Source: Candidatus Uhrbacteria bacterium RIFOXYB12_FULL_58_10 (lineage in GTDB: Bacteria > Patescibacteriota > Patescibacteriia > UBA9934 > GWF2-40-263). From it: 64,000 bases of DNA. A program made the position numbers and the translations under genes. Shown here piece by piece: positions 29,315 to 41,750 of the stretch (positions are counted from its first letter, which is position 1; every line of letters begins with the position of its first letter). The notes beneath the pieces were generated by a model. The model worked only from the letters and a program-made list of their open reading frames with translations. It searched no databases and was not told the origin of the DNA. The stretch covers positions 1,049 to 65,048 of the forward strand of contig CALRBH010000004.1 of assembly GCA_943354165.1 (NCBI GenBank), given 5' to 3'.

Positions 29315-29578
29315 ATGAACTCAGACGCCGCCTATATCAGACTTGGAATGCGAATATTTGCCGACATGTCGGGAAGTATTGCGATCCCCTGTGTTCTTGC
29401 TGCTGTGGCGGGCGAGTGGGTCGATACACGTTACGGGACTGCCCCGTGGGTTCTGATCTTGTTTCTTCTCATCGCCTTTTTCGGTTCCGCGCTGCTCATT
29501 GCCCGTAAGGCAGTAACGTATGACTCAGAATACAAAAAGCTGATGGCTGATCACGATAAAACCGACAAAACCTCCTAA
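29315..29578 (+). CDS. AtpZ/AtpI family protein
   Basis: Two TMs, GEWVDTRYGTAPW motif, first gene of atp operon. Confidence 0.8.
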   Translation: MNSDAAYIRLGMRIFADMSGSIAIPCVLAAVAGEWVDTRYGTAPWVLILFLLIAFFGSALLIARKAVTYDSEYKKLMADHDKTDKTS

Positions 29579-29580
29579 GT

Positions 29581-30420
29581 ATGGCCTCCCCAGCCGCTGA
29601 GCCAATTTTCCACCTCGGGCTCCTTCCCGTTACGAACGCCCTCATAAACGGGTGGATTGCTGTGGTGTTTTTTGTTGCGCTGGCGATGGCGGTCCGTGCC
29701 AGCATTACGCACAATGTTCCAGGCAAGTTACAAAACGCTATGGAAGCGCTCGTGGAACTGGCGCTGGTGGAATTCCAAAAAGTGACGGGGGATCGCGTTC
29801 GCGCGGTCGCGTTCTTGCCCATCGTCGGTTCGCTCTTCCTCTTCATTTTATTCTCCAACTGGCTAGGTCTGATTCCAGGCACAGGCTCCATTGGACGCTA
29901 TCTCATTTATGACGGTCACCTCACGTTGGTGCCATTGCTCCGCCCAGCCGCATCGGATTTGAACCTCACCCTTGGAATTGCCCTGTTTGCCGTGCTTGGT
30001 TCTCATGCCTACGCCTTGCGCGCCCTTGGATTTGCTGACCATGTCAGTAAGTTCATTAATCTGCGGGGTATTTGGCGCTCGTTCCGTAAGGGACCGATAG
30101 CTATTCTCGTAGCGGTCATTGAATTCGGTGTGGGGATTATTGAAATCGTGAGTGAAGGGGCGAAAGTTCTCTCGCTCTCGTTGCGTTTGTTCGGAAACGT
30201 GTTCGCTGGTGAGGTGCTTATGACGGTCATCCTCGGGCTCTTTGCATTCGTGCTTCCGATCCCATTCATGTTCCTCGAAGTGCTCGTCGGGATCGTACAA
30301 GCAACGGTATTCTCCTTGTTAACCTTGGCCTATCTCACGGTAGCTACCTCCGCTCACGAGCACGATGACAAGGAACACGCCGAACACGAAGGCGAGGTAC
30401 ACGAGCCAGCACACGCATAA
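29581..30420 (+). CDS. atpB: ATP synthase F0 subunit a
   Basis: PGKLQN, SNWLGLIP, LSLSLRLFGNVFAGE, QATVF. Confidence 0.96.
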   Translation: MASPAAEPIFHLGLLPVTNALINGWIAVVFFVALAMAVRASITHNVPGKLQNAMEALVELALVEFQKVTGDRVRAVAFLPIVGSLFLFILFSNWLGLIPGTGSIGRYLIYDGHLTLVPLLRPAASDLNLTLGIALFAVLGSHAYALRALGFADHVSKFINLRGIWRSFRKGPIAILVAVIEFGVGIIEIVSEGAKVLSLSLRLFGNVFAGEVLMTVILGLFAFVLPIPFMFLEVLVGIVQATVFSLLTLAYLTVATSAHEHDDKEHAEHEGEVHEPAHA

Positions 30421-30473
30421 GCAGTGTCGCGTTTCGCTTTGTCGGCTCTTCTGCAGAGCCGGCAAGACCCTAA

Positions 30474-30710
<237 letters not shown>

Positions 30711-30727
30711 GCTCGGACGCTCACGAA

Positions 30728-30752
30728 CCGCCCTGAGCTTGTCGAAGGGCGG
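30728..30752 (+). repeat. REP-like palindrome
   Basis: CCGCCCT-GAGCTTGTCGA-AGGGCGG hairpin in atpE-atpF spacer. Confidence 0.55.
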
Positions 30753-30784
30753 AGGTGAACGCCGGAACTTACCAAAATTACCCT

Positions 30785-31330
30785 ATGGCCGTTGACCCTC
30801 AAATTGCACAAGAAGTCGTAAAAACCGGTATTGCCGGAACGTTTGGACTCGACCTTAAGATCTTCATTGCCCAGCTCGTAAACTTTACGATCGTTCTGTT
30901 TGTACTGAAGAAGTTCATCTTCACTCCCTTGGTGAAGATTCTGGAGGCCCGTCAGGCCGCCGTGGACAAGGGGATGACTCAGGCCGCGGAAGCAGAACGC
31001 CGATTGGCAGAAATCACGGTTGAACGGGAAAAGGCTATGCAGGACGCCCGCCGGGACGCTTCGGAGCTCATCCGCGCAGCGCAGACCGACGCTGTACGCC
31101 TTGTTGACCGCATGAAGGAACAGGCCAAGGTGGACGTTGAATCCGTGGTGAAGCAAGGAAAGGAACGTCTGCGTATTGAGCAGGACTCCCTCCGTCGCGA
31201 AATCGCCGAAGACGTCTCCACCCTCATCGTAGAAGCCGCTGGAAAAGTCCTTGGACAGTCGCTCGATGACAAGAAGGGCCAGAAGATCGCGGACGCCGCG
31301 GTTGCTGAATGGGTAACGTCCCGCACCTAA
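30785..31330 (+). CDS. atpF: ATP synthase F0 subunit b
   Basis: FIAQLVNF..LF.LKKF...P...LE.R, coiled coil. Confidence 0.93.
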   Translation: MAVDPQIAQEVVKTGIAGTFGLDLKIFIAQLVNFTIVLFVLKKFIFTPLVKILEARQAAVDKGMTQAAEAERRLAEITVEREKAMQDARRDASELIRAAQTDAVRLVDRMKEQAKVDVESVVKQGKERLRIEQDSLRREIAEDVSTLIVEAAGKVLGQSLDDKKGQKIADAAVAEWVTSRT

Positions 31331-31331
31331 T

Positions 31332-31724
31332 ATGCGGATGACCTCACGACAACTCGCCGACGTGCTCGTAAACGGCGCACTCAAGGCGGACACCAAGAAG
31401 CTCGGGGCCGTGGTGAAGGCCTACGTGGAATTCCTCGCCTCGCGCAAGGAACTTCACCGCCTGCCGTCCATCGAAAAGGAATTGGGCCGGTCCTGGTCGC
31501 GTGCACAGGGTTTCTCAAAACTGACCGTCGAATCCGCCCATCCGATCTCCTCCAAGGAATCGGCGGCGATAGAAAAAGCCGCGGGAGGAGCGGACGTATC
31601 CATCACGGTGAATCCAGGATTGCTCGGCGGCGTACGCATCCAGACGGAATCCGCCCTGTTCGATGCCAGCATCGCAGGATCGCTCGAACAGCTTAAGCAG
31701 CAACTGGTCTCATCTCTCGCCTAA
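31332..31724 (+). CDS. atpH: ATP synthase F1 delta (short)
   Basis: [19 protein letters not shown]; operon position. Confidence 0.88.
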   Translation: MRMTSRQLADVLVNGALKADTKKLGAVVKAYVEFLASRKELHRLPSIEKELGRSWSRAQGFSKLTVESAHPISSKESAAIEKAAGGADVSITVNPGLLGGVRIQTESALFDASIAGSLEQLKQQLVSSLA

Positions 31725-31728
31725 CCCT

Positions 31729-33225
31729 ATGACTACCAAATCCGAACTCGTAAACGCGTTGCGCGAGCAGGTGAAAGCCTTCGAAGGCGGCGCCCGCGAA
31801 CAGAAAGTGGGAACCGTCCTCTCCGTGGGCGACGGCATCGTGCGCATCAGCGGACTTGAGCATTGCCAAGCCTCCGAAATGGTTGAGTTTCCCGGCGGCG
31901 TGATGGGCGTGGCCCTCAACCTCGAGGAAGAGACCGTCGGCGCCGTGGTGATCGGCGACACCAGCTCCATCAAGGAGGGCGACCAGGTGAAGTCCACCGG
32001 CCGCATTCTCTCCATGCCAGTATCCGAAGCCGTGATCGGCCGTGTCATCGATCCTCTCGGCAACCCTAAGGACGGAAAGGGTCCCATCAAGTCCAAAGAA
32101 TTTTTCCCCATTGAAAAAGTGGCTCCTGGCGTGATGACCCGCTTGTCCGTGAGCGTTCCGCTCCAGACCGGCATCAAAGCGGTAGACGCCATCATCCCGA
32201 TCGGCCGCGGCCAGCGTGAGCTCATCATCGGCGACCGTCAGACAGGGAAGACCGCGATTGCCATCGACACCATCATCAACCAGAAGGGCCAGAACGTGAA
32301 ATGCATTTACGTCGCCATCGGCCAGAAGGAATCCAAGATCGCGAAGATCGTGGCGAAGCTTGAGGAAACCGGCGCCATGGAATACACGACCGTCGTGGTC
32401 GCTGGCGCTTCGGACCCAGCCGCGCTCTCCTTCATCGCCCCATACTCCGGCTGCACCATCGGAGAATACTTCATGGCAAAGGGCGAGGACGCGCTCATCA
32501 TTTACGACGACCTTTCCAAGCATGCCTGGGCGTACCGCGAAATTTCGCTCTTGCTGCGCCGCCCACCGGGCCGCGAAGCGTACCCAGGTGACGTGTTCTA
32601 CGCGCACTCCCGCCTTCTTGAACGCGCCGCCCGCCTTTCACCTGAATACGGTGGCGGATCGCTTACCGCGCTCCCCATCATCGAAACCCAGGGCGGGGAC
32701 GTTTCTGCCTACATTCCAACCAACGTTATTTCTATCACCGATGGTCAGATTTATCTTGAAAGCGACCTCTTCTACAAAGGCATCCGCCCAGCGCTGAACG
32801 TGGGTATCTCCGTGTCCCGCGTGGGTTCGGCGGCCCAGACCAAGGCCATGAAGAAGGTTGCGGGCAAGCTGAAGCTCGAACTCGCGCAGTTCCGCGAGCT
32901 TGAAGCGTTCGCTCAGTTCGCGACCGACCTCGATGAAAAGACCCGCTCGCAGATTGAGCGCGGACGCCGCCTCACGGAAGTTTTGAAGCAGCCCCAATAC
33001 AAGCCAATGCCGTTCGATGAGCAGGTGGCCGTCATCTACGCCGTTGTGAACGGCTACGCCGACAAGGTGAAGGTCGATGACATCGTGGCCTGGCAGGATG
33101 GCCTCGTCGCCCACATGCACGGCGGCGGCGCTTCCGCTCTAGAGAAGATTCGTTCGACGAAAGACCTGGCCCCAGAAACAGAGGCTGACCTCAAGGCAGC
33201 TATCGAGATGTTTGTTCAGAAGTAA
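31729..33225 (+). CDS. atpA: ATP synthase F1 alpha
   Basis: [27 protein letters not shown]. Confidence 0.98.
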   Translation: MTTKSELVNALREQVKAFEGGAREQKVGTVLSVGDGIVRISGLEHCQASEMVEFPGGVMGVALNLEEETVGAVVIGDTSSIKEGDQVKSTGRILSMPVSEAVIGRVIDPLGNPKDGKGPIKSKEFFPIEKVAPGVMTRLSVSVPLQTGIKAVDAIIPIGRGQRELIIGDRQTGKTAIAIDTIINQKGQNVKCIYVAIGQKESKIAKIVAKLEETGAMEYTTVVVAGASDPAALSFIAPYSGCTIGEYFMAKGEDALIIYDDLSKHAWAYREISLLLRRPPGREAYPGDVFYAHSRLLERAARLSPEYGGGSLTALPIIETQGGDVSAYIPTNVISITDGQIYLESDLFYKGIRPALNVGISVSRVGSAAQTKAMKKVAGKLKLELAQFRELEAFAQFATDLDEKTRSQIERGRRLTEVLKQPQYKPMPFDEQVAVIYAVVNGYADKVKVDDIVAWQDGLVAHMHGGGASALEKIRSTKDLAPETEADLKAAIEMFVQK

Positions 33226-33286
33226 GTAGTTAGTAGAAAGTAGAAAGTAGAAAAAACTACTAACTACTTACTACTATCTACTAACT
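33221..33286. repeat. Inverted pair of 4x 7-mer tandem arrays (AGWWAGT / ACTWWCT)
   Basis: AGTAAGT AGTTAGT AGAAAGT AGAAAGT AG-aaaaaa-CT ACTAACT ACTTACT ACTATCT ACTAACT. Confidence 0.92.
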
Positions 33287-33293
33287 AATCCGT

Positions 33294-34187
33294 ATGGCCC
33301 TCCAACAACCCCGAGCCATCAAGGGGCGCATCAAGTCGGTGCGCAACACCCGTAAGATCACCAAGGCCATGGAACTGGTCGCCGCGAGCAAGATGCGCCG
33401 CGCCGTCCAGAACACCCTTGCGACCCGGCCGTACACGCGTGCGGCCTGGGAGGCTGTGCGTTCCGTGGGTTTGGTCACGGACGCGAGCCACCATGCGCTT
33501 CTTTCTCAAAACGACAGCGACCGTACCCTGATCATCATGATCACCTCGGATCGCGGTCTCGCCGGCGGGTTCAACACGAATGTCCTGCGCCAGACCATGG
33601 GCCTCATCAAGAAATACGGGGCAGAGAAGACGGATGTCGTCTGCGCAGGCCGCAAAGGAGCCGATGCGATGCGCCGCGCAGGGATGAAGATGGTCGCGGC
33701 CTTCATGGATGTCACGAGCAAGCCGACCTTCGAACAAGTGCTGCCGATCGGCCGATTCGCCGTTGAGGCGTATCTGCGCGGAGAATACGGACGGGTGGTC
33801 ATCGCCTATACGGACTACGTCAGCGCCGTGACACAGAAATCGAACATCTTTGACCTCCTGCCACTCGCCGTGCCGGAAGAACTCGAAAAGGGAACAGGCG
33901 GAACAGAGGTAGAAAACCAGCCGACGATCGAGTACCTTTTCGAACCGTCGCCGAAGGAAGTGCTGGACCGATTGCTTCCGCGCATCGTCGAAGCCGCGGT
34001 CTTCCACCTGGTGCTGGAATCCACCGCCTCAGAGCATTCCTCCCGCATGCTCGCGATGAGGAACGCCTCAGACGCGGCCCGGGACATGATCGATGCCCTG
34101 ACCCTCTCGTTTAACCAGGCACGACAGGCAGGCATCACCAAGGAAATCGCCGAGATTGCGGGTGGAAAAGCGGCTCTTGAGAACAAG

Positions 34188-34193
<6 letters not shown>
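33294..34193 (+). CDS. atpG: ATP synthase F1 gamma
   Basis: ITKAMELVAASK, SDRGLAGGFN, ARQAGITKEI. Confidence 0.98.
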
Positions 34194-35635
<1,442 letters not shown>

Positions 35636-35638
<3 letters not shown>

Positions 35639-35719
35639 GGTTATAAGGGTGGTAAGGGCTGTAAGGGATTTTCCTTAACTCCTCTTACTCCCCTTACGAC
35701 CCTTACCGCCCTTACCGCC
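35636..35719. repeat. Inverted pair of 9-mer tandem arrays (TAAGGGNNG / NCCCTTACN)
   Basis: TAGGGTTA TAAGGGTGG TAAGGGCTG TAAGGG...CCTCTTACT CCCCTTACG ACCCTTACC GCCCTTACC GCC then ATATG. Confidence 0.9.
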
Positions 35720-35721
35720 AT

Positions 35722-36171
35722 ATGTCCCTCAAGCTAAAAGTCGTAACACCAGAACGCATCGTGTTTGAAGACACGGTTGATTCCGTTACCGCCATGACCG
35801 AGAGTGGGGAAGTCACCATCCTTTCAAACCACATCCCCATTACCGCCGTCCTGCGGCCTGGGGAGGCCATGCTGCGCAAGGCAGGCGTGCCATCTTACCT
35901 CGCCATGTCCACCGGGTTCATGCAGGTTCGCCCTGGGAACGAGGTGTTGATCCTCGCGGACACAGCAGAACGCATGGAGGAACTCGAGCTTGGGAAGATC
36001 GAGGAGGCCAAGAAAATGGCCGAGAAGATCCTGTCCGAAAAGAAGGCCGGCGACGATGTGATGTTCGCCAATGCGGCCGCCAACCTCGAACGCGAATTGG
36101 CACGCTATAAGGTGGCCATTCGCCGACGCGGATCCGTACACGGAACACGTTCGCCGGAAACTGAAGGGTAA
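35722..36171 (+). CDS. atpC: ATP synthase F1 epsilon
   Basis: VVTPER, GEVTILSNHIP, ILADTAE. Confidence 0.95.
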   Translation: MSLKLKVVTPERIVFEDTVDSVTAMTESGEVTILSNHIPITAVLRPGEAMLRKAGVPSYLAMSTGFMQVRPGNEVLILADTAERMEELELGKIEEAKKMAEKILSEKKAGDDVMFANAAANLERELARYKVAIRRRGSVHGTRSPETEG

Positions 36172-36175
36172 TGAC

Positions 36176-36200
36176 AAGGCAGCCTCTAGGGGCTGCTTTT
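36176..36200 (+). terminator. atp operon terminator
   Basis: AAGGCAGCCT...GGGCTGCTTTT. Confidence 0.75.
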
Positions 36201-36271
36201 GACTTTTTTGGCTATTTGTTGCAGTATTTCGCAGCGCCTTACACGTTGTTTGGCGACAACCAGGAGAAGTG

Positions 36272-36790
36272 ATGGCAAGGAAGACTGTGGTGGTAATTGC
36301 TCCGAAGGATGAGCGCATTGAGAAGATTGGGATCCGCAAGATCCTGAGCCTTCATACAGCGCTCAGCAAGATGATCGGAGATGGGAAAGACGTTGATCTC
36401 TGGATGTTCACGACCCGTGAAGACCCGCTTGCGGTGATGGTGGGGATCGGGCAGACGGTCGTCGACATGCGCGAATACATGGAGGAACGCTTCGCCTGTG
36501 CGAGCGCTCCGCCCATCTGCGGCGTCCTGCTGCAGGTTAATGAGCTCCAAGAGGCGTTGGAGGACACGATCGTCAACGACGGCACCGGCGAGGAAGAGTT
36601 CAAGAAGGCTGAGGCGGGAATCAAAGGCATGATGTCAACGTTCAGCCGCCGGTTCAATCCTACGAAGGAACCGACCGTCTACACGGCAAAGCTGGTCTTC
36701 ACGAACGAGAAGGCCAAGAAGTTCACTCGCGTGAGAATGGTCACCAAGTCCAGCTTGGACCAAGAGACCGCCCAGAACGCACCCGCTTAG
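36272..36790 (+). CDS. Orphan hypothetical protein
   Basis: 172-aa ORF, AGGAG upstream, own terminator at 36823-36850. Confidence 0.75.
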   Translation: MARKTVVVIAPKDERIEKIGIRKILSLHTALSKMIGDGKDVDLWMFTTREDPLAVMVGIGQTVVDMREYMEERFACASAPPICGVLLQVNELQEALEDTIVNDGTGEEEFKKAEAGIKGMMSTFSRRFNPTKEPTVYTAKLVFTNEKAKKFTRVRMVTKSSLDQETAQNAPA

Positions 36791-36876
36791 GCGTTCAAAC
36801 ACCTCACGACCGCTCGTATAATTGCCGCCCGTCACTTGGGTGGCACTTTTATTTTATGTGCTAGGATGGTCGGGCT

Positions 36877-39819
36877 ATGGTGGACTTACTCGACGGTTTA
36901 AACGATGAACAACGCGCCGCGGTGACCCATAAAGACGGGCCGCTTTTGATCGTCGCTGGAGCGGGAACAGGGAAAACCACCGTGATCGTAAACCGCATTG
37001 CCTGGCTCATCGACCAGAAGCTGGCAAAGCCAGAAAACATCCTGGCTCTTACATTTACCGATAAGGCCGCTGGGGAGATGGAGGAGCGCGTCGATAAGAT
37101 CTTGCCTTACGGCTACGTGGAACTTCAGATTTCCACCTTCCACGCCTTTTGTGAAAAGCTCCTGCGCGAATACGGGGCCGAAATGGGCCTTCCGCGGGAT
37201 TTTAAGGTCCTAACAGAACTCGATGCTTGGCTTCTTACCCGCATGCATCTAGAAAAGTTCGAACTCGACCATTTCCGCCCGCTCGGGAACCCCACCCGCC
37301 ACCTGCGTTCCTTGATTTCCCACTTTTCCAGGCTCAAGGACGCTAGTGTGACCACCCAGCAATACCTCGACTTTGCAGAAGCGAAAGAAGCCGATTTAGA
37401 TGGGAAGAATGCGGACGATGAGGGGTCGGCGGAGATAAAGCGGGTAAAGGAACTCGCCGGCGCCTACCACACCTATCAGCGCGTACTGGCCGAGAACGCG
37501 ATGCTCGATTTTGGGGACCTTATTGCCTATACACTAAAGTTGCTCAAGGAACGGCCGACGGTTTTAAAGGAGATTCGCACGCGTTTCTCGTACGTTCTCG
37601 TCGACGAGTTCCAGGACACAAACTTTGCTCAATACGAATTAGTGAAGCTTATTGCCGCTCCAAAGAATAACCTCACAGTAGTAGGGGACGACGACCAGTC
37701 CATCTACGCGTTCCGCGGCGCGAGCCTCGAAAACATCCTTCGATTTGAGACCGATTATGCAGACGCCGCCCGCGTAGTTTTGATCCGAAACTACCGTTCG
37801 GTTCAGTCGATCTTGGACGCCGCTCACAAGTTTATCCAGGCCAACAACCCGAACCGACTGGAATCGAAAAGCGGATTGTCGAAGAAGCTAATTTCATCGA
37901 AGGAGGGTTTGGGGAACGTCGCACACATCCACGTAGGAACCTTGGAGGAAGAAACAGCTCTTGTCGGTCGTAAAATCCTTGAATTGAAGCAGACGGATCC
38001 GGAGCTCACCTGGAACGACATCGCGATTCTTGTTCGAGGGAACGATTCGGCGGTTCCATTCCTCGCCTCACTCGATCGTCGTCGCATTCCATACCAGTTC
38101 CTGGCCATGCGCGGGCTCTATACAAAGCCAGCCGTCCTCGACGTCGTCGCCTATCTACGCGCCCTCGACAATCCGTTCGACAGCCCGAGTGTTTATCGTT
38201 GCCTAACCCATCCACGACTCGGAATCCTGGGCCCAACCCTCCACGAACTGACCCACTGGGCGAACCGAAAAGGGAAGTCGTTGTTCGAGGCGTGCATCGC
38301 TGCTCGTAGCTGGAGCGAAATCCCCCCTGAGCAGACGGAAAAAATCGAATCGTTCGTTTCTGGGATCGAAAAACTGCGCCCAGAAGCCCTCAAACGAAAG
38401 ACGCCAGAGCTCTTCGTAAAGATCGTGCATGACGCAGGCTTCTTGAGCTATATAAACGGCCTCGGCGATCGCCAGAAGCAGGAAGCCTTTGGTCAACTTG
38501 AACAGTTCCACAAGCGAATGAAGTCGTTCGAGGATCGACACGATACCCCGGTTCTTCGCCATTTCCTTGATGAATTCAAGCAGGAACGAGATGCGGGCGA
38601 AGAGGGTTCCCTGGCTCCAGACATAGAATCCGGACCTGACATGGTGCGGGTAATGACCGTGCACGCCAGCAAGGGTCTCGAATTCAAACACGTCTTCGTA
38701 GTAGGCCTCGTAGACCGTCGTTTCCCGACCGATGTGCGCCGTGAAGCCATTCCTATTCCCGAAGGGTTGCTTGGCGAGGCGGAAAAGGAAGAGGGCTGGC
38801 ACCTGGAAGAGGAACGTCGTCTGTTTTACGTGGCCATGACGCGTGCAAAAGAAGGTTTGTACTTCACCTCGGCCGAAGATTACGGCGGCGCCCGCAAACG
38901 CAAGATTTCCCGCTTCCTTTCCGAGCTCGGCTACGACGGAACTGCGCGAGAGGAATCGATGCCGAGCGAACTACTCGCCCCGCTCGACGAAGACACGGGC
39001 GGCATTGTCCTCTCTGAGCGAGAGACGGTCATTCATGTCCCAAAACACTTCTCATTTTCTCAGCTCGTAGCATTCCGCACCTGCCCGCTCCAATACAAGT
39101 TCGCGCACATCTTGAAGATCCCCGTGTTCGGAAAGGGAACGTTCTCGTTTGGGAAAACGATGCACAACACGCTTCAAGCTTTCCTCACCGCCTGGATGGA
39201 GCGTGCGGGGAAACGACAAGAATCGCTTTTCGCCACCCCCGCAACTAAACAGACCGAACTTCCTGTCTCGATGGCAGAGTTGCTGACCCAATACACGGAT
39301 TCCTGGCAGGACGATTGGTTCGAAAACGACCTCGAACGCGAGCGCTACCGGAAGGAAGGAAAGGATTCACTCGCGGCGTTTTATGCGCAATGCAAAACGA
39401 CACCTCCAACCCCTATCGCTCTCGAACGCGCCTTCAGCCTAAAGATCGGCGATATCACCCTCAAGGGCCGCATCGACCGCATCGACCAGGCGGGAGACGG
39501 GGTCGAAATCATTGACTACAAAACCGGTACACCTAAAACGGACAATGGAATAAAAAAGGAAGACAAGGAACAGCTCTACCTGTACCAGATGGCCGCCGAG
39601 GAACTCTTTGGGTACAAGGTGATCAAACTCACGTATCATTACCTCCGCGACCATTCCAAAGTGTCATTCTTAGCGGAACCAGAAGAACTTCTCGAAATGC
39701 GGGAGGAAATCACGGATCGTGTCGCACGCATCCGAACCAGCGATTTTTCCCCAAAGCCAAGCGAATTCACCTGCAAGTACTGCGACTTCAAAGATATTTG
39801 TGAATACTCAAAGGCATAG
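36877..39819 (+). CDS. UvrD/PcrA-family helicase fused to C-terminal PD-(D/E)XK nuclease with 4-Cys cluster
   Basis: AGAGTGKT, VDEFQDTN, VGDDDQSIY.FRGA, MTVHASKGLEF, EERRLFYVAMTRA; CPLQY, GRIDRID, IDYKTG, CKYCDFKDIC. Confidence 0.92.
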   Translation: MVDLLDGLNDEQRAAVTHKDGPLLIVAGAGTGKTTVIVNRIAWLIDQKLAKPENILALTFTDKAAGEMEERVDKILPYGYVELQISTFHAFCEKLLREYGAEMGLPRDFKVLTELDAWLLTRMHLEKFELDHFRPLGNPTRHLRSLISHFSRLKDASVTTQQYLDFAEAKEADLDGKNADDEGSAEIKRVKELAGAYHTYQRVLAENAMLDFGDLIAYTLKLLKERPTVLKEIRTRFSYVLVDEFQDTNFAQYELVKLIAAPKNNLTVVGDDDQSIYAFRGASLENILRFETDYADAARVVLIRNYRSVQSILDAAHKFIQANNPNRLESKSGLSKKLISSKEGLGNVAHIHVGTLEEETALVGRKILELKQTDPELTWNDIAILVRGNDSAVPFLASLDRRRIPYQFLAMRGLYTKPAVLDVVAYLRALDNPFDSPSVYRCLTHPRLGILGPTLHELTHWANRKGKSLFEACIAARSWSEIPPEQTEKIESFVSGIEKLRPEALKRKTPELFVKIVHDAGFLSYINGLGDRQKQEAFGQLEQFHKRMKSFEDRHDTPVLRHFLDEFKQERDAGEEGSLAPDIESGPDMVRVMTVHASKGLEFKHVFVVGLVDRRFPTDVRREAIPIPEGLLGEAEKEEGWHLEEERRLFYVAMTRAKEGLYFTSAEDYGGARKRKISRFLSELGYDGTAREESMPSELLAPLDEDTGGIVLSERETVIHVPKHFSFSQLVAFRTCPLQYKFAHILKIPVFGKGTFSFGKTMHNTLQAFLTAWMERAGKRQESLFATPATKQTELPVSMAELLTQYTDSWQDDWFENDLERERYRKEGKDSLAAFYAQCKTTPPTPIALERAFSLKIGDITLKGRIDRIDQAGDGVEIIDYKTGTPKTDNGIKKEDKEQLYLYQMAAEELFGYKVIKLTYHYLRDHSKVSFLAEPEELLEMREEITDRVARIRTSDFSPKPSEFTCKYCDFKDICEYSKA

Positions 39820-39823
39820 ACGT

Positions 39824-39914
39824 TAAGGGTTGTAAGGGCAGTAAGGTCTGTAAGGGGTTGAATATTCCCTAACAGCCCCTAACGACCCTTACCACCATTA
39901 TCGCCCTTAAACCC
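39824..39914. repeat. Inverted pair of 9-mer tandem arrays (same family as atpD-atpC)
   Basis: TAAGGGTTG TAAGGGCAG TAAGGTCTG TAAGGGGTTG...CCCTAACAG CCCCTAACG ACCCTTACC ACCATTATC GCCCTTAAA CCC then ATATG. Confidence 0.9.
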
Positions 39915-39916
39915 AT

Positions 39917-40243
39917 ATGTTCGACATCAAATCTCTCCTCGGTGACTCGATCAAGCGCAATCACATCGCCTCGCAAGTGACGACCGCGAGGATCCTCGAG
40001 GAGGCGCAAAAGGCGATCGCCGAAGTTCTCCCTCCCGGGCGGAGCGGGGATGCGAAAGCCGTATCAACTCAAGACGGCCTCCTGTCGATCGACTGCCTAA
40101 ACGCGCCCGCCTCACATCGCATTTCCTCCCAGGAACGCGTGCTGCTTGACCACATTGTTCGCGCCCTCCCGACCGCGGATCTCCGCAAGGTTCGGACGCG
40201 CATCGTGCAACGATTTGGCGGACTGCATGATGTGATAGAATAG
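39917..40243 (+). CDS. DUF721/DciA-like protein
   Basis: Size and pattern (IKSLL; AVS..DGLL.I.C.N....I) resemble DUF721. Confidence 0.6.
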   Translation: MFDIKSLLGDSIKRNHIASQVTTARILEEAQKAIAEVLPPGRSGDAKAVSTQDGLLSIDCLNAPASHRISSQERVLLDHIVRALPTADLRKVRTRIVQRFGGLHDVIE

Positions 40244-40247
40244 CGAC

Positions 40248-40631
40248 ATGACATTCAAGGATTACTCAATCGTCATGGCGATCGCAACGGTGGCCGCGTG
40301 GGCCGGATGGATCGTCGTTCTTGTCGCTATTGATCCCACCGCGTCCGGCTGGCTCGGGTTCCTATTTTTCTATCTCACGCTCGGAATGGCCGTCATGGGA
40401 ACGCTCTCCATTGCAGGAGCCGGGATCCGTGTCTGGACCAAGCGGGAAGAGTTAGTTTCCCGCCACGTGAGCCGCTCGTTCCGGCAAGGACTCCTGCTGG
40501 CCTTCCTGTGCATGGGAGCCCTCGGACTGCTCGCGGCCGGCCTGTTCACCTGGTGGACAGCATTGCTTCTTATCCTGCTTATTTCGCTGTCTGAACTGGT
40601 GTTTTTGAGCGCCCAACGCGGCCGCGGCTAA
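40248..40631 (+). CDS. Hypothetical 4-TM membrane protein
   Basis: IDP, FFYLTL, SFRQG segments; directly upstream of mreB. Confidence 0.8.
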   Translation: MTFKDYSIVMAIATVAAWAGWIVVLVAIDPTASGWLGFLFFYLTLGMAVMGTLSIAGAGIRVWTKREELVSRHVSRSFRQGLLLAFLCMGALGLLAAGLFTWWTALLLILLISLSELVFLSAQRGRG

Positions 40632-40691
40632 AGGGGATAAATGGCGTGGACATTTAAGGGTAATCCGATAGGATAGGTTTGAATTTCACGT

Positions 40692-41744
40692 ATGTTCAAT
40701 CGCTTGCTTGGACGTTTTTCAAAGGATTTGGGGATTGATCTTGGGACCTCGAGTACCCTCGTATTTGCGTCGGACCGGGGCATCGTCATTAACGAGCCTT
40801 CCATCGTGGCCGTGAACACGCGCACGGACCAGATCCTTGCCGTGGGACGCGACGCCAAGGACATGTTGGGGAAGACGCCACCGCATCTTCTTATCACCAA
40901 ACCGCTTTCAAAAGGCGTGATCTCAGACTTTGAGGTGACGGAAAAAATGCTCAAGTATTTTATCGATAAGGTGCATAGCGAGACCTTCACGATCATTCCT
41001 CGCCCACGCGTGGTCATCGGCGTACCGCTTGAGACTACGGAGGTGGAACGCAAGGCCATCGAGGACGCCGCGCTTTCCGCCGGAGCGCGCGAAGTGTTCA
41101 TGGTAGAAAACCCGCTTCTTGCCGCCATCGGCGCCCGCCTTCCGCTCTCCGAATCCATTGGCATGATGGTGGTGGACATCGGAGGGGGAACTACGGAAAT
41201 CGCCGTCATGTCGCTTTCGGGAATCGTCACCTGGAAGTCGCTCCCCATCGCCGGGGATGAAATGAATAAGAACATTATTCAATACGCCCGCGACGTATTT
41301 AACCTGCTGCTCGGGGAACGGAATGCGGAGCTGGTGAAGATCAAAATCGGAACCGCCATCCCGCAGGACGCCCCGCTTACGCTTGAAATGCGCGGACGCG
41401 ACCTCATCACGGGCCTGCCAAAGGAAATCATCGTGAACGACGTCCAGATTCGCGAGGCGCTCCGGCGTTCCGTCGCCACCATCATTGAAAACATCAAGGC
41501 CACCCTTGAAGTCACGCCGCCAGAGCTCGTGGCCGATATTTATGAACGCGGCATCGTTCTTACCGGAGGCGGTTCGCTCTTGCGCGGTCTCGACGCCCTT
41601 GTGTCGCGAGAAGCGTCGATCCCGGTGCGTGTCGCGGAAGACCCGCTTACCTGCGTAGTTCGCGGGGCGGGGGCTCTGCTTGAGAACGAGGTGCTGCTGA
41701 AGGACATTTCCCTCCCTTCCGCAACGGGAGACGGGAGAAGGTAA
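40692..41744 (+). CDS. mreB: Rod shape-determining protein MreB
   Basis: GIDLGT, NEPSIVA, VDIGGGTTE, LTGGGSLL. Confidence 0.97.
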   Translation: MFNRLLGRFSKDLGIDLGTSSTLVFASDRGIVINEPSIVAVNTRTDQILAVGRDAKDMLGKTPPHLLITKPLSKGVISDFEVTEKMLKYFIDKVHSETFTIIPRPRVVIGVPLETTEVERKAIEDAALSAGAREVFMVENPLLAAIGARLPLSESIGMMVVDIGGGTTEIAVMSLSGIVTWKSLPIAGDEMNKNIIQYARDVFNLLLGERNAELVKIKIGTAIPQDAPLTLEMRGRDLITGLPKEIIVNDVQIREALRRSVATIIENIKATLEVTPPELVADIYERGIVLTGGGSLLRGLDALVSREASIPVRVAEDPLTCVVRGAGALLENEVLLKDISLPSATGDGRR

Positions 41745-41750
41745 ACGCCT

